A stretch of 30,995 nt of DNA from Chloroflexota bacterium (GCA_016199405.1 JACQGS010000041.1:1-30995), one strand, 5' to 3'. Positions 6,771-15,957 are shown, numbered from the stretch's first letter. Made by a program: numbers and translations. Notes: generated from the letters alone by a model not told the origin.

Positions 6771-9662
6771 GTGAAATCAATGGACACTCGCAAAGACGTT
6801 TCAAAATTACCCCTCTCCAAGATCGCCGACCGCGCGCTGGACGTTTTGCATTACGAGACGCGTCCGCTCGACGCGCTCTTCAAGCCGAAAACGGTCGCGG
6901 TCATCGGCGCAACGGACAAGCCGCACAGCGTGGGGCGCGCGATTTTCACGAATCTCGCGCGTGGAAAATTTCGCGGAAAAGTTTTCGCGGTGAATCCCAA
7001 GCATCGGTCGATTCAGGGCGAAAAATGTTTTCGCAACATTGCGGCGATCCAAGAGCCGATTGAACTCGCGGTCATTGTGACGCCGGCGCGCACCGTGCCG
7101 AACATCGTCAAAGAATGCGCGGATGCCGGCGTCAAAGGCGCGATCATTATTTCCGCCGGCTTTAAAGAAATCGGCGCGGCGGGCGCCGCGCTCGAACGGC
7201 AGGTTTTGGAAAACGCGCGGCGCGGCGGAATGCGGATCATCGGTCCCAATTGTTTGGGCGTGATGAATCCGCTGCTGGGCTTTAATGCGACCTTTGCCGG
7301 CGCGATCGCCCACGCCGGCAATGTGGGCTTCATCAGCCAAAGCGGCGCGCTGTGCACCGCCGTCCTCGATTGGAGTTTTCGCGAGAACGTGGGATTCAGC
7401 GCATTCGTTTCGATCGGCTCGATGCTCGATGTGGGCTGGGGTGATTTGATCACGTATCTCGGCGATGATGCCAAGACAAAAAGCATCGTGATTTATATGG
7501 AAACGGTTGGCGATGCGCGTTCATTCATGTCCGCCGCGCGCGAAGTCGCGCTGACCAAACCGATTATTGTGATCAAAGCCGGTCGAACGCAAGCCGCCGC
7601 GCACGCCGCGGCGTCGCACACCGGCGCGCTGACCGGCAGTGACGAAGTTCTCGACGCGGCGTTTCGGCGTTGCGGCGTTTTGCGCGTGGATTCCATTTCC
7701 GATTTATTTTATATGGCGGAAGTTTTGGGCAAACAGCCGCGCCCGCAGGGTTCGCGGTTGATGATCGTCACCAACGCCGGGGGGCCTGGCGTTCTCGCAA
7801 CGGACGCGCTGATTGATGAAGGCGGCGAGCTCGCTGATCTCACGCGCGAGACAATGGAATCGCTGAATCAATTTTTGCCGGCGCATTGGAGTCGCGGCAA
7901 TCCGATTGATATTCTCGGCGATGCCGATCCTGAACGGTACGCGCAATCCATTCAAATCGCCTCACGCGATCCGAACGCGGACGGCTTGCTCGTCATCCTC
8001 GCGCCGCAAGCCATGACCGATCCGACCGAGATCGCGCAGATTCTCGCGCCGCTCGCGCAATCATACGATAAGCCGATCCTCGCGAGCTGGATGGGTGGTG
8101 CGGTGGTTGAAAAAGGCGAAGCGATCTTGAATCAGGCGAGCATTCCGACGTTTGGTTTTCCCGATACGGCGGCGCGCGTATTCAACTATATGTGGCGGTC
8201 CGCGTACAACCTGCAAGGGCTGTACGAAACGCCGATGCTTCCGCACGCGACCGAAGAAGGTTTGCTCGACCGCGCGCGCGCGCGCAAGATTGTGGATGAC
8301 GTAAACCAGTCCGGGCGCGTGATGCTCACGGAGTTCGAATCGAAGCAATTGCTCGCGGCGTACGGCATCCCGACGGTTGAGACGCGCATCGCGCGTGATG
8401 AAGAGGCAGCCGCGCGGATTGCGGATGAAATCGGTTATCCGGTCGTCGTGAAATTGCATTCGGAAACGATCACGCATAAGACCGATGTCGGCGGCGTGAA
8501 ATTGAATTTGCAAGACGCGGACGCGGTGCGCGCGGCGTACCGCGAAATTCAGCAGGCAGTGGACGCGGCGGTAGGGGCGAGGCATTCGCCTGATCTAGAT
8601 TCAAATGCGATCAAGACGGGGACAAGCCCGTCGAAATCTCAGGGCGGGCAGGAATTTGCGAGCGCCTCGCCCTTTCTGGGTGTCACCATCCAGCCGATGA
8701 TCCAAACGCGTGACGCGTACGAATTGATTTTGGGTTCGAGCGTTGATCCGCAATTCGGTCCGGTGTTGTTGTTTGGCGCGGGCGGACAATTGGTGGAAAT
8801 ATTCCGCGATCACGCGCTCGCGCTGCCGCCGCTCAACACGACGCTGGCGCGGCGGGTGATGGAGCAGACGCAAATATATCGCGCGCTACGCGGCGTGCGC
8901 GGGCGCGCGCCGGTCAATCTCGCTGCGCTCGCGGAATTGATCGCGCAATTCTCGCAACTCGTCTCCGAAAATCGGCGCATTAAAGAGATTGACATCAATC
9001 CATTGCTGGCGTCACCCCCCTCGAATCCCCCCTTTGCAAGGGGGGAAGCAGGGGGGTTGATCGCGTTGGATGCGCGCGTCGTATTGCACGCGGCGGCGAT
9101 GGCCGATGAAGAATTGCCGCGCCTCGCGATTCGCGGGTATCCGACGCGCTATGTTTCGGAATGGACGATGAAGGACGGCGCGGCGGTGACGATTCGGCCG
9201 ATTCGCCCGGAAGATGAGCCGCTGATCGCAAAATATCACGCGACCATTTCAGAAACCAGCGTTTACTTGCGTTATTTCCGGATCATGAAATTGAGCGCGC
9301 GCACCACGCACGAACGGCTGATTCGCATTTGCTTCATTGATTATGACCGCGAAATGGCGCTCGTCGTCGAGAAGCAAGCCGCTCGCGGCGCGCGCGAGAT
9401 CATCGCGGTGGGGCGGCTAACTAAAATTCACGGCACGGAAGACGCGGAATTCGCGATTCTCGTTAGCGATGCGGTTCAAGGGCAGGGCATCGGGTATGAA
9501 ATATTGCGGCGGCTCATCGGAATTGGGCGCGACGAGAAATTGAAACGCATCCGCGCGGAAATTCTTTTGGAAAATTCCGCAATGCAAGGGGTCTGCAAAA
9601 AATTGGGCTTCCAACTTTATCGCATCGAAGGCGGAACCGTCGGGGCGGTGCTGGAATTGTGA
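6771..9662 (+). CDS. Acyl-CoA synthetase (NDP-forming)-like/GNAT fusion (Pat/YfiQ-type protein acetyltransferase family)
   Basis: CoA-binding domain (IIGPNCLG), [18 protein letters not shown]-grasp ([16 protein letters not shown]), C-terminal GNAT ([17 protein letters not shown]). The start may be ATG 6780. Confidence 0.9.
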   Translation: MKSMDTRKDVSKLPLSKIADRALDVLHYETRPLDALFKPKTVAVIGATDKPHSVGRAIFTNLARGKFRGKVFAVNPKHRSIQGEKCFRNIAAIQEPIELAVIVTPARTVPNIVKECADAGVKGAIIISAGFKEIGAAGAALERQVLENARRGGMRIIGPNCLGVMNPLLGFNATFAGAIAHAGNVGFISQSGALCTAVLDWSFRENVGFSAFVSIGSMLDVGWGDLITYLGDDAKTKSIVIYMETVGDARSFMSAAREVALTKPIIVIKAGRTQAAAHAAASHTGALTGSDEVLDAAFRRCGVLRVDSISDLFYMAEVLGKQPRPQGSRLMIVTNAGGPGVLATDALIDEGGELADLTRETMESLNQFLPAHWSRGNPIDILGDADPERYAQSIQIASRDPNADGLLVILAPQAMTDPTEIAQILAPLAQSYDKPILASWMGGAVVEKGEAILNQASIPTFGFPDTAARVFNYMWRSAYNLQGLYETPMLPHATEEGLLDRARARKIVDDVNQSGRVMLTEFESKQLLAAYGIPTVETRIARDEEAAARIADEIGYPVVVKLHSETITHKTDVGGVKLNLQDADAVRAAYREIQQAVDAAVGARHSPDLDSNAIKTGTSPSKSQGGQEFASASPFLGVTIQPMIQTRDAYELILGSSVDPQFGPVLLFGAGGQLVEIFRDHALALPPLNTTLARRVMEQTQIYRALRGVRGRAPVNLAALAELIAQFSQLVSENRRIKEIDINPLLASPPSNPPFARGEAGGLIALDARVVLHAAAMADEELPRLAIRGYPTRYVSEWTMKDGAAVTIRPIRPEDEPLIAKYHATISETSVYLRYFRIMKLSARTTHERLIRICFIDYDREMALVVEKQAARGAREIIAVGRLTKIHGTEDAEFAILVSDAVQGQGIGYEILRRLIGIGRDEKLKRIRAEILLENSAMQGVCKKLGFQLYRIEGGTVGAVLEL
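8571..8673. repeat. GTAG-type REP-like palindrome inserted in-frame in the acyl-CoA synthetase-GNAT gene
   Basis: GTAGGGGCGAGGCATTCGC...GCGAGCGCCTCGCCCT imperfect IR; encodes [34 protein letters not shown]. Confidence 0.8.
9014..9057. repeat. C6/G6 nested hairpin element inserted in-frame in the acyl-CoA synthetase-GNAT gene
   Basis: ACCCCCCT/AGGGGGGT outer stem and TCCCCCCTT/AAGGGGGGA inner stem; encodes [14 protein letters not shown]. Confidence 0.8.
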
Positions 9663-10876
9663 AGCACCCGCATCACAATCTGCGCGCGCTCGCGGCGAAC
9701 GCGTTTCTGCGCGGCGCGGATACGAGCATTTACAATGTGATCTGGCAGCCGTTCGCGCTGTCGCTCGGCGCGACGGTGCCGGTGCTAGGCATTCTCGCCA
9801 GTCTCGGTGGCTGGTTCGGATTGATTACGAATTTCGTGCAACCGCTCGGCGGGTGGATTGCGGATCGCATCGGACGCAAGCCGGTGATGATGCTCGCCGT
9901 GCTCGTGCATATTTCCGCGTATTTTCTTTTTCTCGCCGCCGGCTTGTCGCATTTACTCGCGTTATTGTTTGCCGCCGTTCTTTTGCTTGCCTTCGCGTCG
10001 TTTTATATGCCGGCGGCATCGTCGATGATCGCCGAATCCGCGCACCAAGAAAAACAAGCGAGCGCGTTCAGCGCGCTGCAAGTGGCGACGATGCTGCCCG
10101 GCATCGTCGCCCCCGCGCTCGGCGGTATTCTTGCCGCGCGCCTGGGCTACGCCAGCGTTTTTCCGATCCTCATCGCGTTCGAAATCGCGGCGTTCCTTTT
10201 GATTTGGCGCGCGGTCGTGGAGACGCGCGCGTCCAATGGCGACGCGTTCAAAAAAAGCGACGCCCTGCGCGTGATCGTGCGCGGCTTTGTGCCGCCGAAA
10301 GGCGCGCGCGGTTTCTTTCTTGCGGTCGCGATGGATTCTTTTTTTTGGGGCATCGGCTGGGGCTTGCTGTACGGGATGCTGACGGATCATTTGCATTTCA
10401 CGGCCGAACAACTGGGCATCATGTCGAGTATGACCGCGCTGTCGTGGGCGATTTTGCAATTGCCGATCGGTCGTTACTTGGATCAGCGCGGCACGCGGTG
10501 GATGCTGATCATTTCGCAATCGCTGGGCATTCCGCTGATTCTCGTTTGGATGACGCAAACACAATTCGAAATCTTTGTGATCAACCAAGCGCTCTTTGGA
10601 CTGACCGCTGCGACGTGGGCGCCCGTCATCAATTTGCATTTGACGCGCGCGATTCCGGAAAAGGAACGCGCCGAAAGTTTTGGGCGGCTGAATGCGTTTC
10701 GCGGCTTGCTCGGCTTTCCGTCCGGCGCGATTGCCGGGTTGCTTTATTCGGTCGGTGGGATGATCTTGCCGCTCGCCGTTAATTTGGTCGGGATCGTGCT
10801 AATTGTAATCGTACTGTCATTTTGGGTGCGCGATCCATACCGTAAGCCGAACTTGCCGGACGCCGGCAAGCCATAA
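9659..10876 (+). CDS. MFS transporter
   Basis: About 12 TM segments; motif [13 protein letters not shown] and second-half [11 protein letters not shown]; GTGA overlap with the upstream gene. Confidence 0.9.
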   Translation: MKHPHHNLRALAANAFLRGADTSIYNVIWQPFALSLGATVPVLGILASLGGWFGLITNFVQPLGGWIADRIGRKPVMMLAVLVHISAYFLFLAAGLSHLLALLFAAVLLLAFASFYMPAASSMIAESAHQEKQASAFSALQVATMLPGIVAPALGGILAARLGYASVFPILIAFEIAAFLLIWRAVVETRASNGDAFKKSDALRVIVRGFVPPKGARGFFLAVAMDSFFWGIGWGLLYGMLTDHLHFTAEQLGIMSSMTALSWAILQLPIGRYLDQRGTRWMLIISQSLGIPLILVWMTQTQFEIFVINQALFGLTAATWAPVINLHLTRAIPEKERAESFGRLNAFRGLLGFPSGAIAGLLYSVGGMILPLAVNLVGIVLIVIVLSFWVRDPYRKPNLPDAGKP

Positions 10877-10904
10877 TGCTGGACTATTGGGCTATTTGTA
10901 GCAG

Positions 10905-10933
10905 TTGATAAAGACGAATCGGTCTGTTATAAT
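10905..10933 (+). promoter_or_regulatory. Sigma70/SigA promoter
   Basis: TTGATA (10905-10910), 17-nt spacer containing TG, TATAAT (10928-10933). Confidence 0.75.
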
Positions 10934-10987
10934 TAAATCATCGAAGAGGCAAGGGTAGAACATCGCGCGGGCGCGCTGGATCCGCGC

Positions 10988-12031
10988 TTGACCGACAGCG
11001 CACTTGCGAATCTGACCGATGGGTTGATCCTGATTGATTCTGCGCACCGCATCGCTTTTGCAAACCCGCGCGCCGGAACTATGCTCGATGCGCGGGGATT
11101 GGGAATCGGCGCGGCAGCCGAGCAGTTCATCGAACAGATCGTCACGCAAAGTTCCAATGCGAAAGCAGCCCGCGTGCAGATCAGTGACGCGCTGGCGGCG
11201 GAGAGTGAAACTGCCGTCGAACTCGAACTGACGAACCCGCCCCGGCACATCTCGGCGCGATTTTTTCCACTGCGCGCGCCGCGCGGCAATCTCGGCACCG
11301 GCGTCCTCTTGCGCGATGTGACGCGCGAACGCCAAGCCGACGCGATGAAATCGCAATTGCTCTCGACCGTTTCGCACGAATTGCGCACGCCGCTCGCCTC
11401 GATCAAGGGTTTTGCGACGACGCTGTTGCGGCAAGATGTGAAGTGGGACGAAGCCACTCAGCGCGATTTTTTGCGGATCATTGAAGAGGAGACCGACCGG
11501 CTCACCGAGATCATTGACAACCTGCTCGATATGTCGCAGATCGAAGCCGGTGTGTTGCGGATAGCCAAAGAGCCAACGCAGTTGCGCTCGATTATCCGTG
11601 AGGTTGTCGACGAAATGCGGATGCGCACCGAAGCGCATTGGTTTGTGGTGGATTTGCCGGCGGATCTGCCGCGGATCATCGCCGACCCGCGGCGAATTCG
11701 ACAAGTCCTGCATAATCTAATTGAAAACGCGATCAAGTATACAGAAGGCGGACAGATTACGGTCGCATGCGAGATCGAGCCAGCGCAAGTGGTCGTCAGC
11801 GTTTCGGATCAAGGCGCGGGAATTGCGTCCGAGTATTCGGATAAAATATTCGAACGATTTTTTCAAATGGATGGCAAGTCGACCCGCCGAGTGGGCGGCG
11901 CGGGGCTGGGGTTATCGATCTCGCGCGGCATTATCGAGGCGCATGGCGGCAGAATTTGGGTGGAAAGTATTGTCGGACAAGGAAGTATTTTCCGTTTTGC
12001 ATTGCCCATTGCTCCCAACGAGACGAGTTGA
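10988..12031 (+). CDS. Cytoplasmic PAS-HisKA-HATPase histidine kinase (start uncertain)
   Basis: PAS start DGLILID...FANP, H-box VSHELRTPL, N-box VLHNLIENAIKY, DQGAGI, GAGLGLSIS. No TM segment; TTG start without a nearby SD. Confidence 0.9.
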   Translation: MTDSALANLTDGLILIDSAHRIAFANPRAGTMLDARGLGIGAAAEQFIEQIVTQSSNAKAARVQISDALAAESETAVELELTNPPRHISARFFPLRAPRGNLGTGVLLRDVTRERQADAMKSQLLSTVSHELRTPLASIKGFATTLLRQDVKWDEATQRDFLRIIEEETDRLTEIIDNLLDMSQIEAGVLRIAKEPTQLRSIIREVVDEMRMRTEAHWFVVDLPADLPRIIADPRRIRQVLHNLIENAIKYTEGGQITVACEIEPAQVVVSVSDQGAGIASEYSDKIFERFFQMDGKSTRRVGGAGLGLSISRGIIEAHGGRIWVESIVGQGSIFRFALPIAPNETS

Positions 12032-12070
12032 GCGTTATCGCGGACGTCCGCCTTGGAAAGAGAAAGTTCG

Positions 12071-12982
12071 ATGAATAATTCAATGGTCGTCACATTTTGG
12101 GGCGTGCGGGGTAGTTTCCCAACACCCGGACCGCAAACTGCGCGCGTCGGCGGCAATACGCCGTGCATTCAAGTCCAAATCGGCAAGCACTTGATTATTC
12201 TGGATGCCGGCACCGGGATTATTGGCTTGGGGCGCGCGATGGTTGCGGCGCATCGTCAGTCCGGCACGCCGATGACCACGACGCTTTTGTTCACGCACAC
12301 GCATCACGATCATACGCAGGGCTTTCCGTTTTTTATCCCGACGCATTTTCCTTCGACCCGCATTAATATTTTTGGACCCAAATCCCTGTCGCAAGATTTG
12401 GAAGAAGTGCTGGCGCGTTCGATGTCGCCGCCGGTCTTTCCGATCACGCTCGAGGAACTGCCGTGTGAACGCAAGACGCGCAATTTGGATGAAGGCGAAA
12501 TGGTGGTCTTGCATCCCGATCGTGACGAACCCGAAGTACTCCGTCCGCACCGTGATTCGCCGGTGCTTTTGCCGGACGCGATTCGCATTCGCTTTATCCG
12601 TTCGTTTTCGCACCCGCAAGGCGTTTTTGTTTATCGCATCGAGTCCGCCGATCACACGCTGGTGCTCGCGACCGATACGGAAGGGTACATCGGCGGCGAT
12701 CAACGTATTATCAAATTCGCCAAAGACGCGACGCTCTTGATCCACGATGCGCAATATACCGATGAAGAGTACGCGAATGCGAACGCGCCCAAACAGGGCT
12801 GGGGGCATAGCACTTGGAAAATGGCGGTCGAGATTGCGGAAGCCGCCGGGGCGAAACGACTCGCGCTCTTTCATCACGACCCAACGCACGATGACGATAC
12901 GCTCGACCAGATTGAGAAACAGGCGCGCGGCGCGTTTCCGGCTGCCTTTTTGGCGCGCGAAGGAATGCGCGTCGAAGTTTAG
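12071..12982 (+). CDS. MBL-fold metallo-hydrolase (RNase Z / cyclic-nucleotide phosphodiesterase-like, signalling-associated type)
   Basis: FWGVRGSFPTPG...GGNTPC, LDAGTG, HTHHDH, LIHDAQY, WGHS, FHHDP motifs; ATG 12071. Confidence 0.88.
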   Translation: MNNSMVVTFWGVRGSFPTPGPQTARVGGNTPCIQVQIGKHLIILDAGTGIIGLGRAMVAAHRQSGTPMTTTLLFTHTHHDHTQGFPFFIPTHFPSTRINIFGPKSLSQDLEEVLARSMSPPVFPITLEELPCERKTRNLDEGEMVVLHPDRDEPEVLRPHRDSPVLLPDAIRIRFIRSFSHPQGVFVYRIESADHTLVLATDTEGYIGGDQRIIKFAKDATLLIHDAQYTDEEYANANAPKQGWGHSTWKMAVEIAEAAGAKRLALFHHDPTHDDDTLDQIEKQARGAFPAAFLAREGMRVEV

Positions 12983-13026
12983 TGTGAAATTGAAACCAAA
13001 TTCGTCGCGCGCGAATTACTAAATCG

Positions 13027-13035
13027 TGTTATAAT
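13027..13035 (+). promoter_or_regulatory. Extended -10 promoter (TGnTATAAT)
   Basis: TG-T-TATAAT upstream of the receiver gene; no recognisable -35. Confidence 0.55.
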
Positions 13036-13065
13036 CGAATCCGTTCGCGGAGGAAACTACTCAGC

Positions 13066-13172
13066 CCGTGTCATTGCGAGCGGTCTTTGCGAAGCAATCT
13101 CGGCTCCAAGTCGGAGATTGCTTGCTTCGGCTTCGCTCAGCACCACAAACTGCGCTCCTCGCAATGACACGG
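13066..13172. repeat. Palindromic element, GTCATTGCGAG family, copy 2
   Basis: 15-bp perfect IR CCGTGTCATTGCGAG/CTCGCAATGACACGG, inner GAAGCAATCTC...GAGATTGCTT; lies in the putative 5'UTR. Confidence 0.9.
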
Positions 13173-13203
13173 AGCCACTCGCGGATATTCTAACGAGGTC
13201 TCA

Positions 13204-14058
13204 ATGGCTCGCATCTTGGTTGTGGACGATAATGGCGCGTCTCGACTGTCTCTGACGCAACAATTAACCGCCGGCGGCTATCAGGCGCTTGAATCCAGCG
13301 ACAGTATTGACTCGTTGCGCGTGATTACGCGCGAGCAGCCGGATATTGTCATGGTCGAAGTGCTGATGCCGCGCCTCGACGGATTTTCGTTGTGCCGCCA
13401 ATTGAAAAGCGATCCCGCGACGGCGGCAATCCCGATTGTGCTGCTGACCCGCACTCCGCCTACGCCGGAAGACGAATCGTTTGCCATGTCGGTGGGCGCA
13501 GAACATTATCTGGTCAAGCCGGTCGCGAAAGAAGTTTTGCTCGCGCTGATCGGTCGTTTGGCTTTGCGCTCGCGCGTGTTGCCGCTCGCGGTTCAAAACG
13601 AATCGGATTATTTGCGCGGCTATATCTCCCGCCTGCGTCAGCAAATTCGCGAAAAATCCAAAGAGATCGAGCAAGCGCGGCTGCAAGCCGAGCAAACGCG
13701 CAGCGAAGTCGCGCAAGCGCGCAGCGAATGGCTCAAGGGCGAATTCGACGAACTCAATCGGCAATTGCAACGCGCGCGCGCGCGGCTGGAAGATTTGCAA
13801 ACGCGCGCGGTCGCGCCGGCGCGGCTGCGGATCAATGCGGACGTGCTGAACGATATGCGCGGTATGATTACGATGATCGTGCGCTCGAGCGATTTGCTCT
13901 TGCGCGGCGTTTACGGCGCGTTGCCGGAGCCGCAAGCCGAGCGATTGATGATCATCCGCGAAAGCGCTCGCCGCGTTTTAGAAATCCTCGTCGCAGTTGA
14001 ATTACCCGGACCGAGCGGCGGATTCTCAAAGCGATTGAAAACCCAAGACCCCTCATAA
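13204..14058 (+). CDS. Atypical receiver-domain protein with coiled coil and degenerate HisKA
   Basis: ILVVDD...PDIVMVEVLMP (Glu at the phospho-Asp position)...YLVKP; coiled coil; VLNDMRG...LLRGVYGAL...Q resembles HisKA without the His. Confidence 0.8.
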   Translation: MARILVVDDNGASRLSLTQQLTAGGYQALESSDSIDSLRVITREQPDIVMVEVLMPRLDGFSLCRQLKSDPATAAIPIVLLTRTPPTPEDESFAMSVGAEHYLVKPVAKEVLLALIGRLALRSRVLPLAVQNESDYLRGYISRLRQQIREKSKEIEQARLQAEQTRSEVAQARSEWLKGEFDELNRQLQRARARLEDLQTRAVAPARLRINADVLNDMRGMITMIVRSSDLLLRGVYGALPEPQAERLMIIRESARRVLEILVAVELPGPSGGFSKRLKTQDPS

Positions 14059-14074
14059 AGAGGGGTCTTTTTTT
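14045..14074 (+). terminator. Intrinsic terminator
   Basis: AAGACCCCTC-ataaa-GAGGGGTCTT followed by a T run; the stop codon lies in the loop. Confidence 0.85.
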
Positions 14075-14085
14075 AGGTTTTCTTG

Positions 14086-14150
14086 AAAGGGTGGCAGCCC
14101 AGCCGTGCTGGGCGTCGGGAGCGGGCAGTGCGGCTGCCCTCCCACCCTTT
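14086..14150. repeat. REP-like palindrome, GGGTGGCAGCCCAGCC family, copy 2
   Basis: AAAGGGTGG/CCACCCTTT outer IR; core near-identical to 3328-3379; lies between convergent genes. Confidence 0.85.
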
Positions 14151-14162
14151 TCAGACACGCGC

Positions 14163-15749
14163 TTATCGCGGAATCAAAATGAAAATCGCGATCCACAATG
14201 CCACCAGCAATACCCACAACGTTGGATTCTGTTCCGCCACTGCCAGCATTTGGCGCGCCAGCGCGCCCACTTGATACGCGACGCGCCCCACCGATTGAAT
14301 GAGCCAGTCTAATTCGAATGCTCTCGCCGTACCGCGCAAGACTGCATCCACACGCGTTGGCGTGCGCCACTCTTGCCGCGCGAATCCCCACGCCATGAAT
14401 ATCGGGGCGATGACCACTGCCCAGCCGCCAATGATCGCGCCGGCAGCGGTCCCGTAAAATGCTTGCTGGGCGGCAAGCACCATTGAATCGCTCAGCGTAT
14501 CGCCCAACGCGCCGATGCCCAACGGCATCAACGTCATTCCAACAAACGCACCAGCAATTGCCAATAGCGCGAGGCGCTCGCGACGCATCAGGGCGCGTCG
14601 TTCCGCGGCTTGCATGCCCAAAGCAAAACGCCACAGCGAAATGCAGAGAAACAAACTCGTGATGGAAATCAACGCGAACAGCGCGCCCTGCGCCGATTCC
14701 CACAGCGCAATCAGCAAGTCGATGCGTCCGAGAAATGCCGGCGATAACGGCGCGCCGGCGAACGCGAAGATTCCGGCAATCCACACGAAGCGATACCACC
14801 GCGCGCGATTCTCGGCGCGCCATTTGAGCGCGATTTCAAATAGCGCAAGACCAAACGCGACGCTTAGTGTATTCCAAAACGTAATCGCGTAAGCGGCGTC
14901 GCCGCCAATGACAACTGCCAGCGGAATGAAGGCAACGCTCCAATTTGTCACCGCGCTCGCCGCCGGCGCGGGTTCTTCGGCGCGCCGCGCCCACAAGAAC
15001 GCAGCGAGCAATCCCGCGCCACTCAACGCAAGAATCCATTCAGCCGAGGGAGCGATCTTCCAGGCGTCGAAAGACAACCACAGAGTCGACGCGGCAATCA
15101 ACGGCGCGCCACGCGCGATCCACAAATCCCGTGCCGGAATCGCGCGTGGGCTTGCCATCCCGTGAAATGGAAATAATCCGAGTCTGCCCCACGCGCCCAG
15201 CGCGATGACCACAGCGGCAGATTCCGGCAATCGAGATGACGCCATCGCCGCGCCCGCAAAGAATATCAAGGTCGCGATCCAGCCGGTCGTCGCCGCGCGC
15301 GCAGCATCTTGGACTTGGACGCCGCGCGTCAAACGCCACGCGAGCAGCATAGCATCCAACGCGACCAAGGCGACGACCATCGTCAAAGGATTGGCGGCGA
15401 GGATCGCAAATCCGGCAGCGGCTAACACGGCGATTGACTGCGCGTCGAGTTTTTCCGGCGGCGCCACGAGCGCGAGGATCACTGGAATAAAATAGAGCAG
15501 GACCAAAAGGATAAGCCGCGCGCTGTCCAGCTCTAATGCCAAGCCAAAACTTAACTCAGGAACTTGGGCGATGACGGCGCGATGCGTTCCAGGCGCGCTG
15601 TTCAGCAAAATGAGCGCGAGGTTAATGCCATAAATGAAGAGCGACAACCACGGCGAGGCGTTGCGTGGTAAGCGTTTGATGAGCAACGTCGCCCCCAATA
15701 CGGCGACGATAGGAAAGAGGATGGGCAAAAGCAAAAAAAATTCCGGCAT
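14163..15749 (-). CDS. Divergent proton-conducting antiporter-like membrane subunit (NuoL/M/N-MrpD superfamily)
   Basis: Highly hydrophobic; GRLGLFPFHG resembles K.G.FPFH.W, and AGAPLSPAF resembles .G.PP..GF. ATG 15749 is preferred to 15803. Confidence 0.65.
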   Translation of the reverse strand: MPEFFLLLPILFPIVAVLGATLLIKRLPRNASPWLSLFIYGINLALILLNSAPGTHRAVIAQVPELSFGLALELDSARLILLVLLYFIPVILALVAPPEKLDAQSIAVLAAAGFAILAANPLTMVVALVALDAMLLAWRLTRGVQVQDAARAATTGWIATLIFFAGAAMASSRLPESAAVVIALGAWGRLGLFPFHGMASPRAIPARDLWIARGAPLIAASTLWLSFDAWKIAPSAEWILALSGAGLLAAFLWARRAEEPAPAASAVTNWSVAFIPLAVVIGGDAAYAITFWNTLSVAFGLALFEIALKWRAENRARWYRFVWIAGIFAFAGAPLSPAFLGRIDLLIALWESAQGALFALISITSLFLCISLWRFALGMQAAERRALMRRERLALLAIAGAFVGMTLMPLGIGALGDTLSDSMVLAAQQAFYGTAAGAIIGGWAVVIAPIFMAWGFARQEWRTPTRVDAVLRGTARAFELDWLIQSVGRVAYQVGALARQMLAVAEQNPTLWVLLVALWIAIFILIPR

Positions 15750-15774
15750 TTGAATGTCCAATGTGGTTAGCGCG

Positions 15775-15783
15775 ATTCTAGCA
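15775..15783 (-). promoter_or_regulatory. Extended -10 promoter (TGcTAGAAT)
   Basis: Minus strand TG-C-TAGAAT, about 25 nt upstream of ATG 15749. Confidence 0.45.
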
Positions 15784-15808
15784 CACCCTCGCGGCGGACA
15801 CAAACTAT

Positions 15809-15837
15809 TTGACCCGCACCTATTTTCTTTTTATACT
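15809..15837 (+). promoter_or_regulatory. Sigma70/SigA promoter
   Basis: TTGACC (15809-15814)-17 nt-TATACT (15832-15837). Confidence 0.7.
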
Positions 15838-15843
15838 CGACCA

Positions 15844-15957
15844 CTAGCAGTCTGTTGGAGAACCCGAAAGAAACCCGTTTTCTGTGCTACTCCGCTTCAT
15901 TGCGTCCGCTTGGCGAGAAAACGGGTTTCTGATTTGCCCTCTCCGACAACCTGCTAG
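15844..15957. mobile_element. MITE-like element bounded by CTAG
   Basis: Outer IR CTAGCAGTCTGTTGGAGA/TCTCCGACAACCTGCTAG (15/18); inner perfect 15-bp IR AGAAACCCGTTTTCT (15869-15883)/AGAAAACGGGTTTCT (15916-15930). Confidence 0.75.

Noticed and set aside
10955-10957. Non-canonical GTA start for the kinase, 5 nt after GAGG
   Set aside because: GTA initiation is very rare and there is no independent support; it is noted only as part of the unclear start.
12997-13018. AATTCG...CGAATT imperfect palindrome upstream of the 13030 -10 box as an operator
   Set aside because: Single occurrence with a GC-rich core and no matching regulator in the window.
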